Shown here in pieces: positions 48,201-60,856 of a stretch of DNA of 64,000 bases. The stretch is from Podarcis gaigeae (Eukaryota): the NCBI GenBank assembly GCA_964106915.2, contig OZ066920.1. The stretch is one strand, 5' to 3'. The notes beneath the pieces are model-generated. The model saw nothing but the letters and a program-made list of their open reading frames with translations, did not search any database and was not told where the DNA came from. The first letter of the stretch is position 1, and each line of letters begins with the position of its first letter. A program made the position numbers and the translations under genes.

Positions 48201-48699
48201 CTGGTACTTCCTTTATACCCTTGGCCACACACAGAGAATTATAAAACCCTTTCATGCCCAACACTTAGGACATCCTCCTCCTGCTGACTTGGGAGTAATC
48301 CCCATTGAATTCAGGAAGACTTACTTTCCGAGTAGACATGCATAGGATTACACTAGCTTGTGTCTGTGTATGAGAGCAAGAAATATCCTATTCACTTACT
48401 TCCAGAATTCATGCAATTTATAATCATGTCTTCCACCTACCTAAAACATAACACTGGTTCTTCATGCCATATTCAGGAATCACTTTCTTGACTTTCCTCT
48501 GTTACTTTGAGCCTTTTCAACATGGATTAGAAATCATATTGCATTTGCTAGTACTTTACACAGAAGCCCACAGAATGGAAGGGCTCAATTCAGAGTGCTG
48601 GTTTTCAATGCCCTACATGGCTTAGGACCCTGATTTATGTTGAGCTGCCTTTTCCTGTATCAGCCTGCCCATCATCTGAAGCCTGAGAGGTACGGTAGC

Positions 48700-49010
48700 T
48701 CCTTGCCTTTACCATAAGGTCCCAGAGTGGGTTACAAAAATGTAGATAGACAGCTTTAAAAACAGGTTTTTTGCTGTTTTTTTAATTATAGTCACAGCAG
48801 TAGGCTGCATTGTAAAATATATGTGTCTCAGGTGTCAATGACCAGAGTAAAGAGGTGTGTCTTGAGCATATGATAAAATCCATGTCATATAAAAGTATCA
48901 GACCCACCTCTGTGGGGAAGGAATTCCACAACCTAGGATCTTCCACAGCTCATTTTCAGCTGCCATCCCTGAGCTTCTAAGGGCAGTGGAACCACCAAGA
49001 GGGCCTATCT
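48700..49010 (-). mobile_element. Degraded L2 3' fragment
   Basis: cccagagtgggttacaa…gtgtcttgag…ggggaaggaattccacaacctagg (reverse of the LWNS.P motif). Confidence 0.5.
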
Positions 49011-49497
49011 CTTCTTAAAACCTTAGTGTATCCATTGCATTGCATCACATGACATAGAATCATAGACTAGTAGAGTCGGAAGGGACCCTAACATATGGTG
49101 AAATGCTAAGAACATGTTAACTGAATCAAGCGCGAGGGCACTGATAGCCTTTCTTGACAAAAGGGCGTGTTAACACTTGCAGCAAGTGGCTCTCCAGGAA
49201 GCAATCAGATTCTACATGTAAAAATCCCTGCACAGTTCAGTACATCTGAATGTTGCGTTCCTGCTTCAATGTTAAAAATGGTTTAAAACAAAGAATAGGG
49301 TGGGTTCTAAAATATCTATATCTCAGGTGGCAACTGTCAGGCTGATGCTTCAGCATATGATGAAAGCTATACGGTATATAGCCTTCACCTTCAGGAAATT
49401 AGTTATGAAGTGGAAGTAAAAAAAAGAAGCAGCAGCAGAAATTGCTTTCCTTATCCAGTAAGGAAAATTTTCAAATGCCCACATTATTTCAGAACAG

Positions 49498-49628
49498 NNN
49501 NNNNNNNNNNNNNNNNNNNNNNNNNNNNNNNNNNNNNNNNNNNNNNNNNNNNNNNNNNNNNNNNNNNNNNNNNNNNNNNNNNNNNNNNNNNNNNNNNNNN
49601 NNNNNNNNNNNNNNNNNNNNNNNNNNNN
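49498..49628. other. Assembly gap (N run)
   Basis: 131 N. Confidence 1.
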
Positions 49629-50367
49629 TTAATTTCAAAATATCCCTTTACACTGTAAAGTTTATAGACCATCAAGACAGCAGACCCGATCCAAGGACCC
49701 ATATTGTTGCAATAGGGAGAGGGGGATTCTGTGACAATTCAGATGGAACAGATTTGTGCTGTATCAAATAAAATAAATGAAGAATTTAAAACTCTTCAGA
49801 TTGGTTTGCATCAGAGGACAGTGGATGTAATATGGACTAGACAGTCATTTCCCCCCCCAACTATACTTTTCATTCATTTCAAGTGTTATGAGCAAAATTA
49901 CCTGGTGCCTTTATATACCTTCAGAAAGAAATAAGGAGCTGAAAGGTATTCAATAGAGATGTGAACTATCTACTGAGTTGTTATATTCCCAGTGCTGATA
50001 TGTACTTGATGCAACTCATTATACCAGAATCTCGTTTCAAAACAGGAAAAATCTGGTTTAAAATAGGAAAGAAAAATCTACAGCTCTCTATTATTGACTT
50101 TCCATTTCTAGTCAGGAAAATGATCCTTCTGGTTAAACTCTGTTCACCAGCCTTTAAAATGTGGCTCTTTTTTTGGGAGGGGGTGTGTTATTGGATTATT
50201 GTTTTTATTTTGATTTTATATATTGTGATTTTTTTGTGTGGCATATAAATTCAATAAATGAAATAATAATATGAAATGAAATGAAACTAGCCTGGTGACC
50301 AGACTGATCTTTGAGGAAAAGTCTGCTCTTTGCTAAACTAACAGCCGCTTATATGTTCTGATGATTT

Positions 50368-50410
<43 letters not shown>
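50368..50410. repeat. (CAG)n trinucleotide repeat, about 14 units
   Basis: Directly visible; no exon context. Confidence 0.95.
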
Positions 50411-50411
<1 letters not shown>

Positions 50412-50452
50412 GTAAGGATTACTGGGCCTCCAATGTCAACAAGAAGTCTGTC

Positions 50453-51892
50453 AGAGCTGTGGCTCATTGGTGGTGTGCATGCAAAAGGTCCTAGGTTGAA
50501 TTCCTGGCATCTCCTACAACCCCGGGGGGGGGGGGGGGGCTATGGCTTCAAACCCTGGAAAATTGCTGCCAGTAAGTGTAGACACTCTGGTGACATGTGT
50601 ACAGTAGTACCTCGGGTTAAGAACTTAATTTGTTCTGGAGGTCCGTTCTTAACCTGAAACTGTTCTTAACCTGAGACACCACTTTAGCTAATGGGGCCTC
50701 CTGTTGCTGCCACGCCACGGCTGCTGCACAATTTCTGTTCTCATCCTGAAGCAAAGTTCTTAACCCGAGGTACTATTTCTGGGTTAGCGGAGTCTGTAAC
50801 CTGAAGTGTCTGTAACCCGAGGTACCACTGTACATACTTTTTCCCTGGTAGCACCCGTGTTATGAAATGCACTCACTGCAGAGGACCCATCTGCACTGGC
50901 GTTCTGTAGCCTTTTGAAGATGCACCTGTTTACACAGGCATTCCCTTGATCTCTCAACCTGAGCCTCCTGTTTTAATTGCGGCGCTGCTTTAATGGGATT
51001 GTTTTAATTATGGATGTTTCTGCTTCACCATTTGATCTTAGCCATGATGGCTATTAGGCCCAGCCTCCACAATCATACTTCTGAAGACCATTGGCCAGAA
51101 ATTGCAGGAGGGACTCAACTTTTGCTTGCAGGTGCCATAGGTACCATCTCATTCCGAAGATTGTGGGTGCCCGCAACGGAGGGCTACAACTTTGCCCACT
51201 GACTTTGTGGGGGCCCAGCCCCCACAAATATATTATTGTGGGTGCCAAAGCACCCATGCCCCCCTGGAGTTGGCTCCAGTGGCAGGTGACATGGGCCAGG
51301 AGTCTGCTTTGCTGGATGAACAGCAGCCTGAAGGGGGAGTGACTCCATCTGCAGCTGATCAGAGGAGAAAGCACTGAAGAGAACCAGCTGGCTCTGGCCT
51401 TCTCAAGCAGAGCTCTCAGCAGCAGTCAGATGCTGAAAACAACACCTGTGGTTCCTGGCCCAACCTTCCTGCTCTCTATCTGGACCATTGGCTTTGGGTT
51501 CATCTGGGTTCCCTCTGGACTGTCTGACTCTATGTGGATTCTGCTCTCAGGCAAGTGTTTCTCAGAGACTCCTAGCCCCTGCTTGCTCAGCAATGGAACT
51601 TGGATGGAGCTATGACAGCAGGTTTCCCTCAAGCATCTGGGTGGCTGCACTAGATAGGCCATTGGCTTGATCCAGCAAATTCTTCTTATGTCCTTACGAT
51701 GGGATTGTTTTATTGTATGTTTTGATTATGGTTCTTTATATGTTTGTGTAACTGGTTTTTATGCTCTGCAGGCAGCCTAGAAACCTATTTTGACATCAAG
51801 CAATTTATAAAGCAGACACCACCACCACCAATTAATTAGACAATACTGAGCTAGGTGGACCAATGAGCTAACCCGATATAAAGCAGCTTCCT
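50453..51892 (+). mobile_element. L2-tailed tRNA SINE split by about 1.25 kb of nested insertions
   Basis: Head ends …tgccagtaagtgTAGACA (50584); tail resumes TAGACAatactgagctaggtggaccaatg (51837). Confidence 0.6.
50602..50830. mobile_element. MITE family A copy 4
   Basis: TIR CAGTAGTACCTCGGGTTA / TAACCCGAGGTACCACTG, TA flanks. Confidence 0.9.
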
Positions 51893-52249
51893 GGACCAGG
51901 CCAAAGGCCCATGATAGCATCCTGTTTCACACAGTGGCCAATCAGGTGCTTGCAGCAAGCCCCTAGGGCAGGTTTTGAGAGCCGTGGTTTACTGTTGAGA
52001 GCAGGGGGCAATGGCAGCCATTGGTGCTCTTGATTCAGGGATTGGAGCAGTGTTTTTGGCCTGTGACTGTGATGGAGAGAGCATGGGCAGCATACCTTAA
52101 ACTACCAGATCACCTTCCTTCTCCTAACCTTGCTTTAAAGTCATGCCAGAAACAGTCACCGCACTGAGGGTGGGATGGGGTTCAGGTGTCTGTGAGGTTA
52201 AATGCAAGTGAGGCTGTGCTTTAGTTGGCTACAAAAAGGTATAAGGAGG

Positions 52250-52402
52250 AAGGGTCATAGCTCAGAGGTAGAGAACCTGCTTTTCATGCAGAAGGTCACA
52301 TGTTCAGTCCCTGGAGTTTCCAGGAAGGGCTGGAAAAGACCCCTGTCTGAAATTCTGAAGAGCTGATGCTAACTTTGAGCTAGAGGGTTCAATGGTCTGA
52401 CC
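52250..52402 (+). mobile_element. tRNA-derived L2-tailed SINE
   Basis: A box TAGCTCAGAGG, B-box-like GTTCAGTCC, body as in the other copies. Confidence 0.7.
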
Positions 52403-52404
52403 AC

Positions 52405-52546
52405 TAGTGATGGCTCAGTTGGTAGAGCATGGCACTTAATCTCAAGGTTGTGGGTTCAAGCCCCACTTTGGGCAAAAGATTCTTGCATTGCAGGGTGTTG
52501 GACTAGAATAGATGATCCCTGTAGTCCCTTCCAACTCTACAATTCC
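52405..52546 (+). mobile_element. tRNA-Lys-like SINE with CR1-type tail
   Basis: TGGCTCAGTTGGTAGAGCA…CTTAATCTCAAGGTTGTGGGTTCAAGCCCCAC, then CR1 3' end cccttccaactctacaattc. Confidence 0.8.
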
Positions 52547-54537
52547 CGTGTACCTGTTGCTGAGTCATGTCCCTGGGCTCTTGCCCAGCAGTAACGCCTA
52601 TCGTGTGCCCCACCTCTTGGAATCTCTTGTCATAAAATTAATCTCTATATGCAATGGAGTCCTCCCTTTCCATTCTCCTCACTGGGAAGTAATCTTATAT
52701 TCTTAGCAGCAATTAAGGGAATTATAGGAGAAGCTGCAATTAGGAGTGATTTTCTAGCCCAGCCGTTTCTGTTTTGCCATTCAGAAATAGTTTCTGTGAA
52801 TCCCAGAGGCATTTATGTTCTGACCATCAAAGTGTGGCCTAACCCTCACTTCCTGATTTCTCAACTGCACGGCTGAGCTACTGCTGACAACGTAAACCAT
52901 CTTTAAATTGGATTTAAAGCCACAGCTTTGCTGATAAAGTCTAAGCCCTACTGCTTCCGAGAATACTTCCAAAGGAGCACACTAGCACTGAACCAACGGC
53001 AAATCTGTGTTGCTAATGTACCTTATATTAAAAGGATGGATTTTACCTAAAAGCGACAGCCCACCATCCATCAGCCACAAGGCCGATACAAGCTATTTTG
53101 TTGCCTGATGAATTACTTGCATAGCTCTACTTGGGCGCAAGGGATTGGGTGTTGCTATTGCCACAACCCAGCATTTGCCACCTAAGGTGTCAACTTTACT
53201 TTGCCTAATGGTAGGACTGGTTCTGAGTCCCGGTAAGGAGGTGTAGATTCAGCTCTTCGGTTGAAAAGAGCGCCTTGGGCAAGAGATGCCTGACAGTGCA
53301 TGATAGATGGGGTGAAGTGCATGACTCATGGCTCCATCATTTTTCCATCATGCATTGCAGGGCCCTGGTCACTTGGCGCTAGTGCTAGGTACCATGAAAG
53401 GCTAGGGCAACGCAGGAGAAACTTGCGCTGGTTCTGACTTCCTTAGTGCCCCATGCATATTGATGGCTGTTTATGGTTGGTCAACAGACCCACTTGCTAA
53501 CTAACATCCTGGTTGGTTAACAGCTCACAGAGCCCCAGTTCATCCACTTCTGGTCCAACCCAGCCACTTCAGGAGCCAGACTAGGCTTGCTGAATTCCTT
53601 AGGTATGTGTTCTTCTCCTCCAGCAGTTTATATATCTAACAAAGCTTCTTCCAACGTAGCCCACTCCCAGTATTTTGGACTGAAGCACTCTTCAACCCCA
53701 GCCAGCATCTTGCTCCTTCCTCCTCCTCCCATGCCTAGTTCAGCAACTGAAGATTAGAGAGCCAAAACTCTGGCTGGGATATGTATCAATATACACTGCT
53801 TAGAAATAATTTATTTGAACCTCCGCTTTCAACTTGAAAATAGCTGGTAGAGCTGCATTATTTATATCTCCAAGTGATACCACTAGATCTAGATCTACCA
53901 CTGGAAATGCATTTTTGCCAGCTCCCCAAGAGCTGCAAATGTGTCATCCAAATAATTTATTTTCAGGATCCCCAATGTGTGCTATGTATTTGTTATAAAA
54001 GTATGCTTAAAATAGTCTCTGCCTCAAGAAGGACTTGAAATTAAGTATTAAATAAGAGAGCTGGGTCTGTGGAAATTATGCAGAAAAAGTGTATCCCATA
54101 AAACATTTCTTTCCATACAATCTGCCTCGCACAGGGATTGTTCTCTGCTTTACCCTTTTGAGGCTGACATGTAACAATCAAGTTTTAAAATTTCACAGAG
54201 GCTCTAGTTGTCAAGATAATAGAAACCCTTTTAAAAGGTAGCTAGAATTTACAACAGTAACATGCTAAAAAAAGAAATAGAGGCTTGTGGGACACTGACT
54301 TTGCCCTAGAAAATGAGATGTATCAGAGAACAACCCACAAGGTGTTTCATTTAGGGAGAAGGAAACATTTTGGCTAGGAGTTGGTGATGTTGTTGGGTGG
54401 TTTTGTCATTGTTGTGGGAGATCTACTGCCTGATTTAGAATTGGGTATTTGCTTTGAATCCGCATGACTTGAATCCATGCCTTAGACCTTGCTGGAGATG
54501 ATGCCTTGGCAGTTGTCATGAAAGCCACTTCCAAACT

Positions 54538-55079
54538 TGAGAGGAGGTGGAGTTGCGGGCTTCACGCCCCCTCTACGTGCGCGGGGGCTGGCTCTCAGCC
54601 CCTGCGCGATTGAGGGAATCCCTGGTCGCGTCATACCCAGGCCAGCCAATCAGCTGGCCTTGGGGAGGAGGATGTGGCTTAGAGTATACACTGGCACGGC
54701 CGGGAATCGCCCTCTTTTGCAGGGGGGGAGGAAGCGCCATCACCTCCCCCGCATGTTGAAGGGTAGTCGGTTAAAGGATTCCAGGGGGCATCGCCCTGTC
54801 CGAAACCTATGGAGGTGAGGGCCCAAGGCACGCCCCCGAGCGGTGACCCCGGAGGAGTCCCTAGTTGATGTGCATCAGCAGGTCTCCCCCTACTGGTGGT
54901 TAAGCCTTCCCGGACTTTAAGCATACAGGTTGAAGCCGGTTAGTTGATTAGGACCGGTGCCTAAGCCAATACTGCTCATTACCTGTAACCAATAAAGTTG
55001 TGGTCATTTTAGCCCATTAACCTTAAATGATTGTCTCATGTGTCTTTATTTCACCGGAGGGAGGCAGGAACTCACCACA
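54538..55079 (+). mobile_element. Probable solo LTR (GC/CpG-rich, about 540 bp, Gypsy-like)
   Basis: Abrupt CpG-rich block with TG…CA ends, CCAAT 54646, AATAAA 54991 followed by a GT/T-rich U5-like segment; TSD not cleanly resolved. Confidence 0.65.
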
Positions 55080-57623
55080 CAACCCTTTTTTTTTTTTTTT
55101 TGAGTTTTCAGTGGAGCAGTCACGTTTTCTCTGCCACTCCTACTGAGACTATCTGGGAGCAGGTCCGATTGAACTCAATGCGGCTTACCGCTGGCTGCTA
55201 GACATGAATCGGAGTGCGCTGTGAGCAATGCAGGGCAAATGCGTGCAAAATGCATTGCTCTGCTATTCGCTCTAGAGCTTCAGAGCAATCCGAGCTTGCT
55301 GTGGCACCGCTGATCTATAGTCACGACAACTCCCGGTGACAAATATAAATATGCATGCAAATCATGATCTCCATTTAGTGTGGCGCCAAGCTGTGAACCG
55401 GTGTTTGTTAGCTTCAGCGCCCAACCTGCTTGGCCTTTTGATTTATTTTTGATCAATCATTTCCAACAGCAAGGTGGTAGCAGTGGAACAAAAGCTTAAA
55501 AGGAAAGATTGAGCTTTTTATTGCTTTCAGGTCAATTGTGCTGACACTGCATTGCATTGTGGCCTTCCTCTTTCCCAACACTCCAGTGAATAATACAATG
55601 TACAATAGATCTTTGAAATGAAAGCCTTCCTAACTAAGCTAGGAGCACTTGGATCTGTAATGGTTGCTTTTAATGGCTATTGGAAATGAGAACCTATTAG
55701 GAGCAGCAACTGCCGAGACCTTTTGTACTTAGCCTTCATCACGGAGCTATTTCTCATCTGTGTCTGTAGAAAGAATGCATTTTAATTATTATTATTATTT
55801 TCTGGTAAAAATCGCACAAAGCATTTCTTGAGTTCTCGCTACATTCGGCCACTTACCACCTCTTTTGTTTTGGGGTTTTTCTTCTGAACAGGACTCTCCT
55901 GTAGCACTCCAAGAGCAGAACTGGCCTAGAGACTAGTTCTGGCAATCACAGTGTTGGACTGGGGAAGAAGAATTTGATCACATGATAGGGACACGCCTTG
56001 CACCAGGACAGACCATTGGTTCATCTAGCACAGTATTGTCTTTTCTGAATGGCAGCATCTCTCTCCAGGATTCCAGGCAGGGACTATATATGGAGCGCCA
56101 TAATTGGGCAGGCAGTAATGTGAGAATGTCGGCTTCTCTCAAACTTAAAAAAAAGCATTTTTGGAATCCTTGAAGCTGTTGAGAGAAAGTATAATGTCCG
56201 GGTTGCATCAGTGAAATTTCAGAATTGGTTATCTGTTGCCTCCCCCTCTTTCCCTGGTGCCCAAATATTCTTCACTTTTTCTTAGTCGTCTCTGGCTCAC
56301 CCATGATACATAGCACTCTGAGCTAACTGTATATCCATCTCCGAAGGTCCACCCTTTGTATAGGGCAGATGTTGCACAAGACCCGCCTTCACAGCTGCAT
56401 CTCTTGTGTTCCCTTGTGGGGTGGTCCACAAGAGAGAGTCAATGGCAGATGATGCCTATTTTCAGTCATCTCTCACCCTCCAGCAAGGTAGAGCACACTG
56501 AACATTGGTGATCCACTCTGACTGCAGATCCCACTGCCACTCTCTCCATCATAAACATCTTGTATGTTTTTGCTTCCCCCAACTGATCCCATGAAGCTCC
56601 TGTTGTGTTTATACTGCATTAACTATTCCAAAGTGCAAAACCGGATCCAGATAACATTGTGAAAATGTCTCTAAAATATTTTCTTCTTCTTTCTTTTTTG
56701 CAGATGCTGCCCTTCCATTAGATCAAATTAGAATCTGAATCCTTGTCTTTTTAGCTTGGTGATCCGCAGCTACGAGGATAAAAGAGATCGCAAGGCGAGG
56801 AAAGCACATTCCCCCCATTCAGTCTTCGCTGTAAATTACATACTATAGAAAATCAGTCCAAATTGTTGAAACCCTTGGACGATTACAATGTTGTTGTGCT
56901 TACTATGCTAAGTACTTTCTAATTATCATGTTTTGCACAGTTTCCTCCAGTCCACCCCTTCAGGCGTCAACACTTAAGGAGGTATACAAGCTTTGCACTT
57001 CAAAACCAGCTTTCCAGCTTTCCGACTCGCCAAGCAAAGAAAGCTTTTCCGTGTACTTAGCCGAGTGATGGGTCTGACCAAATCTGCAACTGTCCAGGGA
57101 GGAGGAGATGGGCAACATAGTTAGGTTTAAAAAGAATTCGGGCATTAAGAGTTTAAACAATATATGCGGAGATTTTTCAGCTGGGTGCATACAGTCCATT
57201 TAATAACAACTCCTGTTATGGATGAACAAGCCTTCTGATTCAAGGAATTAGCCTTCCCCCTGTTGCTGAAGATTATATTACCGCCATTGACTTTGCTAAG
57301 GGCAAAATAGAACTTGAGCAGTGATTTAAAAGCATGAACTTTTATATGATGGCTTCAACTAAGCATGTGGTCATACCTAGGGTTGCCATACGTCCGGGAT
57401 TTCCCATACATATAAAGAATACCGCAGTCGGCAGCAGTTTGCCTCCCCACAAAAAACCTGTACCTGTTTTTTGTTTTGTTTTGTTTCCTTGGAACAGGGG
57501 AAACAGATAGTTGAGTAATGTCCCTATGGGAAATTTCCTTCTGCAGTTCTTAACCGTGCAACATTTCTGCATCACACACGCAACAGCCCAGTCTATGTTA
57601 TGGGCTAGTAGGAATTGGAGATA

Positions 57624-58010
57624 AAAAGGTAAAGGTAAAGGGACCCCTGACTAATAGGTCCAGTCGTGACCGACTCTGGGGTTGCGGCACTCATCTCGCT
57701 TTATTGGCCGAGGGAGCTGGCGTACAGCTTCCGGGTCATGTGGCCAGCATGACAAAGCCACTTCTGGTGAACCAGAGCACCGCACAGAAACACTGTTTAC
57801 CTTCCCGCCGTAGCGGTACCTATTTATCAACTTGCACTTTGACATTCTTTTGAACTGCTAGGTTGGCAGGAGCTGGGACCGAGCAACAGGAGCTCACCCC
57901 ATCGTGGGTATTCGAACCACCGACCTTCTGATAGGCAAGTCCTAGGCTCTGTGGTTTAACCCACAGCGCCAAGTCCTAGGCTCTGTGGTTTAACCCACAG
58001 CGCCACCCAT
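57624..58010 (-). mobile_element. Sauria (Squam1) SINE with 34-bp 5' tandem duplication
   Basis: (ACCTTT)n tail; 12-bp TSD GAATTGGAGATA 57612-57623 / 58011-58022. Confidence 0.95.
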
Positions 58011-58020
58011 GAATTGGAGA

Positions 58021-58545
58021 TAGGGATGGGCAAATCTATTAATTTTGGTTCCTCTCCACTTTCTCATTTTTCCAATCTTAAGTTAAATTCTTCACATTTC
58101 CACATCAGTTTGTGAATCATTTTTTTTAAAAAAAGTTCTTCTGAAAATCTGTCAGAATTTCAAGGCAAATTTATCCTAACAATATACTTTCCGTATTCCA
58201 TTTCGCCTAATATGATGAATTTTTGTATGTTATTTTCACTCATGTGCATTTTAAATGCACATTTTATCTCAGAGGTAGGGAACCTTTTTCGGCTTGATTA
58301 GTCAGATCTCTATCTCCCCACTTCACACCCCATGGGCCATGCTGTGGTTTGGGGAAAACAATGTTGTGGGCCAAATGGGAAAAACTGATGGGCTTCCTCA
58401 CCCTTGTATATGCATCCCTAGTATATGCATTTTTGTACCCATTGCTTGGTTGGAGAACTGCGTTACACTGCATTTTGAATCAGGAAATGAGAATTCTGTA
58501 GATTTGCCTTTATACAGGCACCAAATTTAGTTCCCCCCTCCTCCC
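58021..58545. mobile_element. Older non-autonomous DNA element (family of 7345-8040), with internal extra sequence
   Basis: Starts TAGGGATGGG; shares internal motifs with the two other copies. Confidence 0.6.
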
Positions 58546-59802
58546 TGTGTGTAGAGACCACCACTGTGGCTGTGGAGCACCTGAAATTCGGATGCTGACA
58601 AAACCCACATGCCCTAAAATAGTGTCCCAGTTAGAAGTAAATCTGAATCTCTACCCTGCCCTGCCAGCCTTTCCTCGCTTATTTGGCTTGGTGAATGGAG
58701 CCACTGGCAGCACGAGTAAAGTGGTAGCAGGGAGGTCTTAGAAGAGGTTCCAGGCTCCCTTTCTCCCTGGCACCTTCTAAAATACTGCCACAGCAGTGTT
58801 CCAAACAGCAGGGATCTTGGGAACTCTAACATGAACTGGTGCCAGGAGTCCCGGAACATGCGGTTTCCAGGGCAACTGATGTCCAGAAAAGGGACTTGGT
58901 TGTCTTGGAAAAATAACTGCTCCTAGAGTCCCCTGGCACAAAATAGCCATGTGGAACAGTATTAATGGCATGAGAGTGAACACAGAAGAAATTATTATCT
59001 GGTCAAAGCTTTATGCTCTTGTCCTTTATTTTAAAAAATCAGGAACCTTCCCCTCCCTAACCCTATCAGCATATAAATACACATCCTTTCACAATGCATT
59101 ATACACAGTTTTAATATACGAAACAACCCCCCAGATTCCACCTTCCCATCTCTGCTACTAAATACCGTATATGGAAAAGTGTAACAAGGAATCATAGGAG
59201 CTCACCTCCTAGGGGCTGAGGGGGGCTTTGGGCTCCCCCATAAAATATTTGAGGGGGATTGCCCCCCCCAAAGTTGAAGGGCATTGCCATTCAAATAGTG
59301 GGTGCGCATCAAGTCGTGTGATTGATTATGCGGGGCAGGGCCTACCTGGACCCCCCATATTTTATTCAAATTGGAACCCCTGCAAGGAATATCAGTTTCC
59401 AAATGTATTGTTGCACACCTTGGAATCTCCAAGCAGTGCAAGATTCCAAGGGCTTGTGTTTCCTTTGGAATAAGGAACAGCGGAGACTATGGTGTTTTTA
59501 TGGTTTATTTACACAGATATACAACCTGAGCCTATGATGGAGGGGTTCACAGCATTAACACCCCAAGAGGGCCTTGCTTCCCCCATAGCTGCAGCTTTGG
59601 ATTAAAACAGAAATCAAGCATCGCTCTGCCTATTTTGGTTCCCAGTTTGCTACTTTTCTTTTAGCTCACATCACTCCAAACTCTCTGCTCTCAGTTCTGG
59701 CTTTGTCCTTCCAAGTATCAGAGGGTCAGGGGAGGGACCCCACTTATTTGCCACCTAGCACAGATCCACTTCCTTTGTTCCCCTTAATGTTCTATCACCT
59801 TA

Positions 59803-60152
59803 AAGGTAAAGGTAAAGGTACCCCTGCCGGTACGGGCCAGTCTTGACAGACTCTGGGGTTGTGCGCCCATCTCACTTAAGAGGCCAGGGGCCAGCGCTGT
59901 CCGGAGACACTTCCGGGTCACGTGGCCAGCGTGACATCGCTGCTCTGGCGAGCCAGAGCCACACACGGAAACGCCGTTTACCTTCCCGCTGGTAAGCGGT
60001 CCCTATTTATCTACTTGCACCCGGAGGTGCTTTCGAACTGCTAGGTTGGCAGGCACTGGGACCGAGCAACGGGAGCGCACCCCGCCGTGGGGATTCGAAC
60101 CACCGACCTTTCGATCGGCAAGTCCTAGGCGCTGAGGCTTTAACCCACAGCG
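59803..60152 (-). mobile_element. Sauria (Squam1) SINE, different and CpG-rich subfamily
   Basis: (ACCTTT)3 tail, B box GGTTCGAATCC, TSD TCACCTTA 59795-59802 / 60153-60160. Confidence 0.93.
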
Positions 60153-60586
60153 TCACCTTACCAGGAAGCTAAAAGGAGGCCCAGGAATTAGAAGGAGGCC
60201 CAGGCATTCGGCCTAACCCCCTGAAAACTCATAACAGTATAATATAATGCAAGTGACTTCTTCTTTTTTAGAAAGCCATTTTGGGTTGCATCCAACCATA
60301 CATGTTTCTCCGGAGAAGCTGCCAAACAAACTATCACGAAACACTCTTACCATAACTTTTTCTGTGCAATACATTAAAGAAACAGGCTTAAATGGGTCAG
60401 GAAAGTTTCCCAAGCTTTCCTTTTGGGATTATTACTGTGTGTTTCCATCTGCTTGGCAATTCAGCCATACTCCAGTGTGAGATGTCTTCCCTTGCTACAA
60501 TTTGTATGTGCCCAGTGTGGCTGTGTTTTATTTGGCTACTGAGTTAGTCACGATTCCATTTCCCCAACCTGAACAGCTTTGTGAGC

Positions 60587-60587
<1 letters not shown>

Positions 60588-60621
<34 letters not shown>
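60588..60621. repeat. (GA)n microsatellite
   Basis: Directly visible. Confidence 0.95.
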
Positions 60622-60625
<4 letters not shown>

Positions 60626-60856
60626 TCTAAAACCCAGTTTGCCTTGAATTAAGAAGAAAAGCCAAGTGGCTCATTAGTCCAGCATTCTTTTCTCACAGTG
60701 GCCAACCGGATGCTTGTGGGAAACCTGTGAGAACAGGAGCAATCTCCTTTCTTGTGCTTTCCAGCCGCTGGTATTCAGAAGCACTGATGCCTCCAGATGC
60801 TGAGGTATTATAACTGTTGGCTTAACAGTCATGTTTTCTGTGCATGATAATGTGTA

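Noticed and set aside
50368-50410. PolyQ/polyS coding repeat
   Set aside because: No splice sites or coding context; flanked by SINE sequence
52405-52472. tRNA-Lys gene
   Set aside because: Deletion in the anticodon arm, imperfect acceptor stem, and it continues into a CR1-type tail, so it is a SINE
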